A stretch of 53,620 bases of DNA, counting the filler, from Squatina squatina (lineage: Eukaryota): the NCBI GenBank assembly GCA_031763465.1. It is 3 parts of 3 records of this genome, joined end to end, with 100 filler letters (N's around TTAATTAATTAA, not from the genome) between each part and the next. Parts side by side here need not be neighbours in the genome. Positions count along the whole stretch, not along the records: positions 24,481 to 39,737 come from JARFOE010000168.1; positions 39,838 to 53,620 come from JARFOE010000194.1; 1 more part is not named here. The stretch is one strand, 5' to 3'. A program made the translations under genes and the position numbers. A model generated the notes under the pieces. The model was not told the DNA's origin and searched no databases. It was given only the letters and a program-made list of their open reading frames with translations. Below, in pieces: positions 39,070 through 49,322 of the stretch; position 1 is the stretch's first letter; every line of letters begins with the position of its first letter.

Positions 39070-39737
39070 ATTAGGGTAAGGGCAACAGCCAGATGTTGTG
39101 GTCCATGTGGAACCAATGACAGGGAGGAAAAGGGTTTAGGTCCTGCAGTCAGAGTTTCAGGAGCTTTGGGGGGAGATGAAAGAGCAGGACCTCAAAGGTA
39201 ATAATATCAGGATTACTCCCAGTGCTCCGTGCCAGTGACTATAGGGATAGTAGCATAATGCAGGTTAATGCATGGCTGGAGGAATGGTGCAGGAGGGAGG
39301 GCTTCAGACTCCTGGGGCACTGGGACCAGTTCTGGGGCAGGAGGGACCTGTTCAAGGTGGATGGATTTCACCTCAACAGAGCTGGGACCAAGGTCCTCGT
39401 GGGTAGGTTAACTATAACTATCGGGGAGGGTTTAAACTCATTTGGCAGAGGAATGGGCTCCAGGAGGAATCATTAGAGAGGAGAAACCAGGTGCACAGAG
39501 GACTGGCAGAGGCAAATAGCACCAGAGTAAAGAACAGTTCAGAAATAGGAAGGATCAGGGAGTGGGCAAATACGAGGCAGGCTAAGATGGGTTTGGAATG
39601 CGTGTGCGTAAATGCACATAGTGTGGTAAATAAGATTGGTGAACTGCAGGCACAAGGCACCACATGGGACTATGACATAGTGGAAATAACAGAGACCTGG
39701 CTCAAAGAAGGGAAGGATTGGGAACTTAATATTCATG
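39070..39737 (+). mobile_element. CR1 ORF1 (SGNH esterase) to ORF2 endonuclease junction
   Basis: VNAWLEEWCRREGFRLLGHWDQFWGRRDLFKVDGFHLNRAG, then CVNAHSVVNKIGEL...YDIVEITETWL. Confidence 0.85.
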
Positions 39738-39781
39738 NNNNNNNNNNNNNNNNNNNNNNNNNNNNNNNNNNNNNNNNNNNN

Positions 39782-39793
39782 TTAATTAATTAA
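39782..39793. other. Artificial scaffolding linker
   Basis: Second TTAATTAATTAA in 44N+12+44N. Confidence 0.9.
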
Positions 39794-41592
39794 NNNNNNN
39801 NNNNNNNNNNNNNNNNNNNNNNNNNNNNNNNNNNNNNATCTAAGAATCCCATGCGATAAAATATCGAATTCGACTTATTCAGCAATAGTAAAACGATAGC
39901 CCACAGTATGAGCGACATGGACTTTTTCCAGCCTCTTCATATATAATATGCACCGTCGTCAGGAGACAATAACATTTCCCATGTGGAACTATGTTTTAGT
40001 GGGAAAATTATCAAGCCACACTATAATCAGTCGGGGATGTTGCAAGTTGAATTTGTCCACACACCGCAGTAATTCATAGTTAAAATCATTTGTTGTTTCA
40101 GTAGGGTACATTTTTTCCATTTAACCGCTAAGTCTGGTTGTTCCTTTACTGCTGCATTTTCCAACTTTTTTTGTGTCATAACCTTTTTTGTAAGAAATAA
40201 TGCATTTTCTCTCTGACGTAAAATCAATGCATTGAAAAAGAAAGTCATCAGGATCTGCTGATTTCCCAAGTGCTACCCTGCTCCGCTTCGACCAGATACA
40301 TCAGTTAGTATCTATTTCCATCAGAACATAATGGGGTTCAGCAACTGATAAAGATAATGACTCCTCTGCCATTTGTGACACTAATGAGCCTGTTCATTAG
40401 GACTCATTAAAAATGCAGTGCCTCGGCCATAGGTTTTTGTTTCTAATCAGAATTACAGCGACATCAATTTTCAAACACACTGATGCATTACCACCATTCC
40501 AAATGCTGTTTTCTTTTTTCTCAGTGCNNNNNNNNNNNNNNNNNNNNNNNNNNNNNNNNNNNNNNNNNNNNNNNNNNNNNNNNNNNNNNNNNNNNNNNNN
40601 NNNNNNNNNNNNNNNNNNNNNNNNNNNNNNNNNNNNNNNNNNNNNNNNNNNNNNNNNNNNNNNNNNNNNNNNNNNNNNNNNNNNNNNNNNNNNNNNNNNN
40701 NNNNNNNNNNNNNNNNNNNNNNNNNNNNNNNNNNNNNNNNNNNNNNNNNNNNNNNNNNNNNNNNNNNNNNNNNNNNNNNNNNNNNNNNNNNNNNNNNNNN
40801 NNNNNNNNNNNNNNNNNNNNNNNNNNNNNNNNNNNNNNNNNNNNNNNNNNNNNNNNNNNNNNNNNNNNNNNNNNNNNNNNNNNNNNNNNNNNNNNNNNNN
40901 NNNNNNNNNNNNNNNNNNNNNNNNNNNNNNNNNNNNNNNNNNNNNNNNNNNNNNNNNNNNNNNNNNNNNNNNNNNNNNNNNNNNNNNNNNNNNNNNNNNN
41001 NNNNNNNNNNNNNNNNNNNNNNNNNNNNNNNNNNNNNNNNNCCCAGGTCCCAATACATCCAGCTCCTGGTCCTGTTTCCAACCAATCTGGTGGACTTCTG
41101 CCAAAACTACTGCGGGAGTGTGTGGAAGGGCTGTGGATTTTGGGGGCTGGCATATTTATTATTTGATCACTTCAAACTTTAGACTTCTGTCATCCAATTG
41201 GCCAGAAGCGTGGCCTTCACATCCAGTTTTCAGCCAATCAGAGATCCATTTTTTTTTTAACTTGAATCTCAAAATAAAAGATTAAATTCAGGACTGTTCA
41301 AAACTTAAAAAAATAGAAGAAATAGGATAGTTGGAACAGATTATATTAGTTAAAATAAAGAGCAAAGTTTTCATGAGAGACAGATGCCGGAAAAAGAGGA
41401 ATGGGAGCATATTATGGTTAAGTAGTTATTAAGCCTGGAATTTCTCACTNNNNNNNNNNACCAAAGTTACAGCAGGAGATTGGGGGAAAGCACAGAATTC
41501 TACTTCCGGGTGTCTATTCTAGTTGTATAGGGCGTAGTTGCAGTAGCATAACTGCTCCTGCCAACTAAGTAACTCTATTTCTACAATATTAG

Positions 41593-41911
41593 GATCGGTT
41601 TCAGTGCCACAGGGCGCTTACAAATCTCTGGAGCTGCTGGCATTCTGAATAATCGGGGCGATTTTCCTCTCTGGGCTCCAGGTAACAAACAAAATGCTCC
41701 TGGATGAAATGAGGGGTTGCGTCTGTGAAGAGAGAAATACCTACAATTTTCCTGGCCAGACGGTTTCTTTGGGCCATGGCACAGGTACACACCCTAGCAG
41801 GGCCTTTTGAGGGATTGGAAGTCTCCAGCTGTGCCAGCCCAGCATTGCCCAACTGCAGATGCTCCAAAAATCCTGGATTGACATAATGGGGGCAGAGACC
41901 CGGTGCAATAG
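41593..41911 (+). pseudogene. Possible degraded exon of the unidentified pseudogene
   Basis: Weak acceptor, donor AG|GTCAGT; one frame reads GDFPLWAPGNKQNAPG*NEGLRL*REKYLQFSWPDGFFGPWHRYTP*QGLLRDWKSP. Confidence 0.3.
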
Positions 41912-42141
41912 GTCAGTGACCCCTACTTCCTTCTCACTGTGCCTTCTCAGGCACAATGAAGCAGAAGCCTCTCTTTTGTCTTTTTATAAATAAATGATTC
42001 CATATTTTTTAATAAAATTTTACCCCCTCAAACTAGTTCTTTTTGAATGGATCCTGAACAAAGCTTAATGGTTTTGGCTCAGTTCAGTACAGTGGTCGTT
42101 GCTTCCTAGTGATCACATGTTATGTTATGTTTTGTGCTCAG

Positions 42142-42301
42142 GACGAGAAAAGATTATCAAGCCCATACATGCATCCCCGTGTGCACTCTCCTCCCACCTG
42201 GAAGAGGCAAAAAATAGACCTGTAGCAAATCCAGGACTTGGCTGTCAAACATTCCTCCCCAATTCCTCATAGGGGCAAGCACCAGAGATTCCAAACAATA
42301 A
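42142..42301 (+). pseudogene. Possible degraded exon of the unidentified pseudogene
   Basis: Acceptor gttttgtgctcag|; DEKRLSSPYMHPRVHSPPTWKRQKIDL*QIQDLAVKH...; donor uncertain (GTTATT at 42302 or mutated ATAAGT at 42298). Confidence 0.3.
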
Positions 42302-42569
42302 GTTATTTTTCACAATAATTGGTCTTACTTTCCACATGTCCTGATCACCTCGTTCTCCATGTTTAGGTCCTACCAAGAGCCCAACAGTACCAGCCAATAA
42401 GTTTGTCCAAAAATGCTTTGTTTGGTGTTTGGGATCTGGTTGCAGCATGATACATCATCTTGATGCAATNNNNNNNNNNNNNNNNNNNNNNNNNNNNNNN
42501 NNNNNNNNNNNNNNNNNNNNNNNNNNNNNNNNNNNNNNNNNNNNNNNNNNNNNNNNNNNNNNNNNNNNN

Positions 42570-42865
42570 CTCTCTGTTCATGGAACTCTGGTCTCTTGTG
42601 CATCCTCCCCATCTTCTTTCACTGCTCCATTGGCAGTTGTGCCTTCTGACATATCGACTTATGACCTGAAATTCCCTCCATACAACTCCCTGCTCCTCCA
42701 CTTCCTTCACCTCCTTTAAGACCTCCCTTAAAATCCACCTCCTTAACCAAACTTTTGGTCACCTATTCTGACATCACCTTCTTTGGCTCGGCAGCAATTT
42801 TTATCTGATTATGCCTCTCTGAAGTGTCTTGGAATATTTTTCTACATTTAAAGGCACTATATAAA
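42570..42865 (+). mobile_element. L2 LINE 3' end
   Basis: AATTCCCTCCATACAACTCCC...CCTCCTTTAAGACCTCCCTTAAAATCCACCTC...AAAGGCACTATATAAA; reverse complement of 29520-29760. Confidence 0.75.
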
Positions 42866-43023
42866 ATGCCTTGGCATAGTATTTTCTGATTTTATTTCAC
42901 ATTTGCCGCTTTTCTTTTTATCTCGGCTGTTCTAATGTCCTGTACTGGCAGATCTACAATAACAGGTCTGTAGTGCTCATCTGTCCAAATATATTGCTTA
43001 CTTTATTGATCTGTTCTGGCCAG

Positions 43024-43306
43024 ACTTGGGAGGATAGGTGATGATGTCATTATTAGATATGAAGATTGATCTGAATGCTTTGTTTGTGAAGCTGACCATA
43101 ACAAACAGAGTTAAATGCCATTGAGCAGATGGAAAATGTTCCTTCACCAAAGGGGACAGACTGTGCTCAGAAAAAGACTTAGAGGAAATAGATGACCATG
43201 AAAGATATTGCCTTTCTGGGGGGTTATTGAGTGGTAACCTTGCTGAAGAAAGCAAAAGCAGACAAGTAGAATTTGATGTAGTGACAGCTCTGATGGACGT
43301 GCGCAG
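43024..43306 (+). pseudogene. Exon of unidentified pseudogene (2 in-frame stops)
   Basis: ctgttctggccag| xLGG*VMMSLLDMKIDLNALFVKLTITNRVKCH*ADGKCSFTKGDRLCSEKDLEEIDDHERYCLSGG...VEFDVVTALMDVR |GTAGCT, phase 1 to 2. Confidence 0.5.
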
Positions 43307-43870
43307 GTAGCTGTCACAGTGCTGTTAGTGACTATATAGCCAATGCTTTATTGTGTCTGGATACGGTAAGTATAAATGCTAACATCCATCAATCTACTGT
43401 GAATTACACACAAGTCCTTTGGATGGGAGCAATTGCACACTTAAAAAAGTGATGCTTGACTGATTGTCTTTGACCTGTGGCCAAAAAAATTATAAATAAA
43501 AGCCAGCGGATGTCACCAACCATATGGAACATAACTACACATGGTCATCCATCCAATTGTGACAGAAGAATAGACCAACAACCTATTTTGGAAATTCTTC
43601 AGCAAAACACCATTAATGTTTGACATTTTAACGTCCCTATTACATCTGCAATTTGTTTAAAGCTGTATTTAAGATGATCAACCTGAACTATTATTCATGT
43701 TATTTGGAGCTACAAGCACTTCAACACTTCAATTGCAAATTGTTTTACAACATTCCTCCAATTAGTCATTGGTTTGAAAGGTAGGATGCGAGCATAATAA
43801 GAAACTTAAAGCTTAGTGTAAAAAATACTATTTTTTCTTTATTTTGCAACTATTTTTCTCTGCTTCCAAG

Positions 43871-43907
43871 GTATTCCACGTGACAGACCATTTGCCACCA
43901 ACACCCT
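43871..43907 (+). pseudogene. 37-nt candidate exon of the pseudogene
   Basis: Long polypyrimidine acceptor tttttctctgcttccaag|; (R)YST*QTICHQHP |GTAAAG, phase 2 to 0, bridging the neighbouring exons. The donor overlaps a SINE/L2-like tail. Confidence 0.4.
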
Positions 43908-44328
43908 GTAAAGTGCTTTGAGATGTCATCCTGTCTGTGAGAGGTGCTACAGACACATAAGTCATTGGTGACACTGCTCTGGAGGCAGCTCATAATAAAT
44001 GTGTGGAGATGGCACGTGGTGATTTACATTCCAGCCTTTTCCCCATGAGAAAAGGAAGGCCTGGATGTGCTAAGTACTTCCTCTAACAACATGAGACAAC
44101 ATGTCACATGGAGAAATAAGGTGAGATTCAATATCAGGCATGGAAACCCATAGTGCACCACTGCATGGAGCAGCACATTATAACACTAATGTAATGCGCC
44201 ATCATTTAAAAAATTCTGTTCAGTGTCTGTGGCCTATGAAGAGACGGTAGAAAACCAGCAGAAAATACTTTGGAAGAGATTATTTTGTGCCAATCCTAGC
44301 ATGAATTTCTTTTTTTAGTTTAAACTTA

Positions 44329-44698
44329 GGGCCCAATTGGTCTCGGGGCTTGCCAGCAGCGTTAAGGCTCCAGGGCACGGTTATGTAGTGCAGGCCCCAG
44401 AGCAACAGCTGCCAGCAAAGAATTGGACTTTTTGACACAGCGCTGACCCGGCCCTTTGTTGGGAGTGTGGACGGCGTGGCGCTGCCGAGGCCAAAAAAAC
44501 ATGGCGGCCGCTGGCGCACACCACCCCCCCTTTAAGGGTCGTTGCCAACGAAGCTTGCCTCCCTAGTGACCCGCGGACAAATTCCACCCATGGGTCGCTA
44601 GCGATGCACAAAGGGGTCGCGGGGCGGTGCTATGGGGTCGATGCATCATGTGATAAGGTTGTGCTAACCCAAGGTGGGATTCACACCCCTGGCGCATA
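44329..44698 (+). mobile_element. CpG-rich Harbinger-type non-autonomous element end
   Basis: TA|GGGCCCAATT terminus with abrupt GC/CpG rise; cut by gap. Confidence 0.5.
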
Positions 44699-44798
44699 NN
44701 NNNNNNNNNNNNNNNNNNNNNNNNNNNNNNNNNNNNNNNNNNNNNNNNNNNNNNNNNNNNNNNNNNNNNNNNNNNNNNNNNNNNNNNNNNNNNNNNNN

Positions 44799-44875
44799 AC
44801 CATGTGCTTTAAGTTTGCACACTAATCTCTTATGTGGGACCTTGTCAAAAGCCTTCTGAAAGTCCAGATATAACA
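44799..44875 (-). mobile_element. CR1 RT fragment
   Basis: LYLDFQKAFDKVPHKRLVCKLKAHG. Confidence 0.85.
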
Positions 44876-45392
44876 TTGGGGAATCTATGGTCATTTCAAA
44901 TTGTGTGTTGTGTTTCTTCCCTTTGCCGTCGCCTCCTCCTCTCAGCCAAAGGCACCTTGTTTTGTATTAATTGTTTTTGAAAAATTACAAAATTTTCAGC
45001 CTGCAGGCCAAATAATAATTGACAAGAGTTCTCTTCTTGTATGGTAACTTTTCAAAGTGGGCCTGCTTTAAGTTTAGGTCACGACCTGTGCATTATTAGA
45101 GTAGATTATTTAACCAAACATAGCAACAAGATGGACAGGAAATTGTAGATTTCAGCTCATAAGGAAGTTCTTAATATAGGTCAGGGTCTGTTTCCTGAGA
45201 ATTAAATCTAGATATTGTTGCCTTCAATGAAAAAGGAACATTTTATTACTTGTAAGTAATTCTGTTGTATAGAGAGATTTCTTAAAAATAGTAACAGGAG
45301 AGATAGAATGGCATTAACACCAAGATCATATGAGGGTTTGAAGCATTATCTTGTAAGTGTGTTTACTTTGGTCATGATCTTTGTGTTTTCAG

Positions 45393-45465
45393 CATGAAAT
45401 ATTTAGAAACTTGGAGCAACATTACTGATATGAAACCGCTGTGGAGTTACATCAAGCTGCTCAGT
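45393..45465 (+). pseudogene. Exon of unidentified pseudogene
   Basis: ttgtgttttcag| HEIFRNLEQHY*YETAVELHQAAQ |GTAAAT, phase 0 to 1. Confidence 0.55.
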
Positions 45466-45599
45466 GTAAATGTAAACTGTTTTGTCTAAAAGTCAGTGAC
45501 CTTTAGAGCTGATTGATCATTCAAATTATTCTGTTTAGAATCTGCAACTTCAATAATTTTTGGAACCCATTTATTAGTTGGAGTAGAGATAAGAATTAA

Positions 45600-45758
45600 C
45601 CCACTGCTTTTCTTGATATATATTAATGAGTTAGACTTGGGTGTACAGGGCACAATTTCAAAATTTGCAGATGACACAAAACTTTGAAGTATGGTGAAAA
45701 ATGAGGAGGACAGCGAGGAGGACAGTGATAGACTTAAAGAGGACATAGACAGGCTGGT
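45600..45758 (+). mobile_element. CR1 RT core fragment
   Basis: PLLFLIYINELDLGVQGTISKFADDTKL. Confidence 0.9.
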
Positions 45759-46469
45759 NNNNNNNNNNNNNNNNNNNNNNNNNNNNNNNNNNNNNNNNNN
45801 NNNNNNNNNNNNNNNNNNNNNNNNNNNNNNNNNNNNNNNNNNNNNNNNNNNNNNNNNNTGCCCACTCTGCCAAAAGGGGAGGGTTGGGGGTGGGGAAGAA
45901 TAAATTCTGTTTAAAAAAAGAATATGAAACAGAACTGGTGTGTTTACTGTGACACCCTGAACTCAGACTGGATTTGGAACATTGATAAACTAACTCACCT
46001 GAACATACTTAGCTCTGCAGAGAGTGAGATGAGGTGGAGCTGAACTTGAGGGCCTGATGAATTTCATGATACATGATGCTGAGCTAAATGCAAATTCTGA
46101 TCAACGCATAACTAATCTGCTAAAACATGTAATGCTTGCATCAAAATTTTAATCAATTGTTTCAAAAAATAATGAGCAATTTGTACTGCAGTTACTAATC
46201 ATTCAGGCTGGAAATAAATCTAGTTAAAGCCCCATTAAACAAATTAAAATCACTTAAAATAAGTTGTTAGTGTATAAAAGATGACTGATGACTAACATTA
46301 TTAAACATGCTAAGCAATAAAAAAAATTCGGGGAAATTTATTATTATATGTGATGATTATGTGTTTAAAGTGGAATTTTAGTATGGACATAAGGACAATG
46401 AATCACTTAGATTTAGCCTATCAGACCTTTACTGTCGGGTAAAATACAATGAATAATGTATAATGATCT

Positions 46470-46645
46470 ATCCTTGGCTCCCTCCTATTTCTCATCAACA
46501 TGCTGCCCCTTGGCGACATCATCCGAAAACACAGCGTCAGTTTCCAGATGTACACTGATGACACCCAGCTCTACCTCACCAACACTTCTTTCGACCCCTC
46601 CATGATCTCTAACTTGTCAGACTGCTTGTCCGTCATCCAGTACTG
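46470..46645 (+). mobile_element. L2 RT core fragment
   Basis: LGSLLFLINMLPLGDIIRKHSVSFQMYTDDTQLYL. Confidence 0.9.
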
Positions 46646-46902
46646 NNNNNNNNNNNNNNNNNNNNNNNNNNNNNNNNNNNNNNNNNNNNNNNNNNNNNNN
46701 NNNNNNNNNNNNNNNNNNNNNNNNNNNNNNNNNNNNNNNNNNNNNGGAATGTAATGCAATGGTTGAACAAGAATATTGCATCGGTCATTTTCAACCTCAA
46801 TAGTCACTAATCAGGCATTCATTGGAGTGGGGTTGACTGCTGTATTTATTAATTAATAACAATTTAATAAAGTTTGTTTTGTGTTATCTTTTGAAACTCT
46901 AG

Positions 46903-46984
46903 GCATATGAACACTTGATGAAAATATTACATGGATGGAAAGAAGCCACAAAAAGCTCCTACTTTAGCAGACTGAATAATTTAA
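46903..46984 (+). pseudogene. Exon of unidentified pseudogene
   Basis: ttatcttttgaaactctag| (C)I*TLDENITWMERSHKKLLL*QTE*F(K) |GTAAAG, phase 1 to 2. Confidence 0.55.
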
Positions 46985-47279
46985 GTAAAGCATTTATTGG
47001 TAGAAATTTTGTGGCTGTTTCATTTCCTATTGAGTATTTATAAACCAACACCCAATGCCACTAGTATTAGTTTAGCTATTCTGTCATAATGCAGCTAATG
47101 CATTGCAACTGAACAAACAGAGATCAGCAAGTGCCATTGCAAAGTTGAAAGGAACGGTGAGAGGGCCGTGGACATCACCATCTCAATCGGAGTCACAGAA
47201 TAGCTGCTGCTTACAGAGATCCAGCAAGGCACTGATCATCCAAAGCAACCAACCAGTACAGCAAGCTGCTCAATTACTA

Positions 47280-47615
47280 GAAAGAAAGACTTGCATTTAT
47301 ATAGCACCTTTCATGACCTCAGGTCATCCCAAAGTGCTTTACAGCCAATTAAATACTGTGAAGTGTAGTCAATATTGTAGGAAATGCGGCAGCCAATTTG
47401 CTCCTACAATGTGTTAATGACCAGATAATCTGTTTTAGTGATGTTGGTTGAGGGATAAATATTGGCCAGGAAACCAGGGATAACTGCTCTGCTCTTCTTC
47501 GATGGGATCTTTTATGTCCACTTGAGAGAACAGATGGAGCCTCAGTTTAATGACTCATCCATTTNNNNNNNNNNTGGACAGGAGTGTCAGCCTAGATTTT
47601 TGAGCTCAAGTCACA
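47280..47615 (-). mobile_element. Deu-core SINE
   Basis: Tail AAGAAAGACTTGCATTTATATAGCACCTTTCA and core GTTGAGGGATAAATATTGGCCAGGA. Confidence 0.75.
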
Positions 47616-48250
47616 GGTCAATGATCAGACGAGATCAACAGGCCAAGCCACAACAAACTCAAACCGCCCCATATCACCCCACCCCACCCACCAAAAATAA
47701 TTTCCACAGGGAATGGCTGTTTTTATGAAATATTGTCTAAGCAAACATGTTCTTATGCTGAAGTGAAAATGTAAAAAGCCTTTTGAGTCATAGGTGTGAA
47801 CATTATTGGGGCTGTGTGAAATATAATTACTCTCCCCACCTTCACTGAAAGAGAATGATGTTGCAGTTGATCTCCCCTCAGGAAACAGGTTCAATTTCCT
47901 GTTGGCCTGCTCTGAATCTGTTTTTCCAATGAATTTCATAATCATTAAGCTGAAGGTTATTAGTGCTGTGAAATGAAACATTTAGGGCTACCAGTGTCAG
48001 CATCAAGTATTCCAAGGTCAGGTATCTAACAATTAAATGCAAAGCACAGCACCCTCTATGCTTCACCCTCAATCCCAGAGAAGAACCCTCTACAGCACCG
48101 ATGAGAAATTTTGCATCTCTTATACCTGCCATTACTGAGTTGTCTCTGAGNNNNNNNNNNNNNNNNNNNNNNNNNNNNNNNNNNNNNNNNNNNNNNNNNN
48201 NNNNNNNNNNNNNNNNNNNNNNNNNNNNNNNNNNNNNNNNNNNNNNNNNN

Positions 48251-48550
48251 CTGCACGGCGGACCCTTTCTCCGGTCTTCAGAATTCTCATTCCACCTGGA
48301 CTGCTACCTTTAGCCTCTTGTCTTCTCTTGATCTTTTCATTGAGAACTACCGGTGTGACAATCAGCTATCTCAATTTCACTGCTTCCCTCATTTCACTCT
48401 AATCTATTTCCCTCCCAATATCAGGTCCAACTCTGATATTATCATTAAGCCTTCTGACAAGGGAGGCGCTGTTGTTGTTTGGTGAAAAGACCTCTACCCT
48501 GTGGAGGCTGAATGCCAACTCTCTGATATCCCTTCCTACCTCCTCCTGCC
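48251..48550 (+). mobile_element. Penelope-like reverse transcriptase N-terminal fragment
   Basis: RSNSDIIIKPSDKGGAVVVW*KDLYPVEAECQLSD..SY, the diagnostic PLE DKG motif. Confidence 0.85.
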
Positions 48551-49322
48551 CCAATTGAATCCCCTGATTTCGCAACCCCACCATGCAGTCCCGACGCTGC
48601 AGTTTTTCACATTCTTTCCCCCACCAGCTCTGTCAGAATCGCCACCTGCACCAGAGCGAGCCCGATCCTCGCGTTGTAGTGCTCCTTTTGAAATGTTCTC
48701 TGAAGCCTCCGACCCAAGGAGACTGGCTTCTTGCAACCTTTGCCGTGCCCCAGGGAACGTAATGTGAGTTAATGGAGCTTCATATGACAGTGTACTGCAT
48801 TCTCATTATAATACGGTGGACTACTGTGTTGAATGTTAAAATGAGGAGTTTTGAATAGTAAATGGAACATAAAAAGGCCTCATGTCAGAGGCCCATAGGA
48901 CAGAGAGGGAGCTGAAATCTGCCCCAATTCATTCACGCAGAAATGTATTTCGTAGCACAAACCCAGGGTTATAGAATCATGGAATGAAGAGCAGAGGATT
49001 GTCTTACATACTATTATTAAGCTCAATTGCAACCAACAATGCTTACACTCAGGCTTGGATCACACAGGCTAGATCACCTGTGACGCAACAGAGGGGATCA
49101 TGTGTGAAGCACTGAACAGAGAATCTTAAGACCATCCATCAGAACTGTGTTCTTTTACACCAATTCCAATGTAGGTGATGGACAATCCTTACTCCCTTTT
49201 CACATCCTCAGCACAGTGAATTAGCAAGTATACCTACATGATCGAACCCACTTGGAGATGCACGCAGCCAATTTGAAATGTTATATTGTACAATAAACAG
49301 TCAGGCATTTTCAGTCATTCAA

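Noticed and set aside
40397-41285. Long ORFs of 200-290 aa
   Set aside because: Almost entirely X from a gap of about 510 N.
45426-45428. In-frame TGA as selenocysteine
   Set aside because: TAG and TAA stops occur in the same frame in neighbouring exons and no SECIS was recognised.
46909-46960. TLDENITWMERS as an M1 aminopeptidase C-terminus
   Set aside because: Short resemblance only; flanking exons do not fit and the frame continues into another exon.
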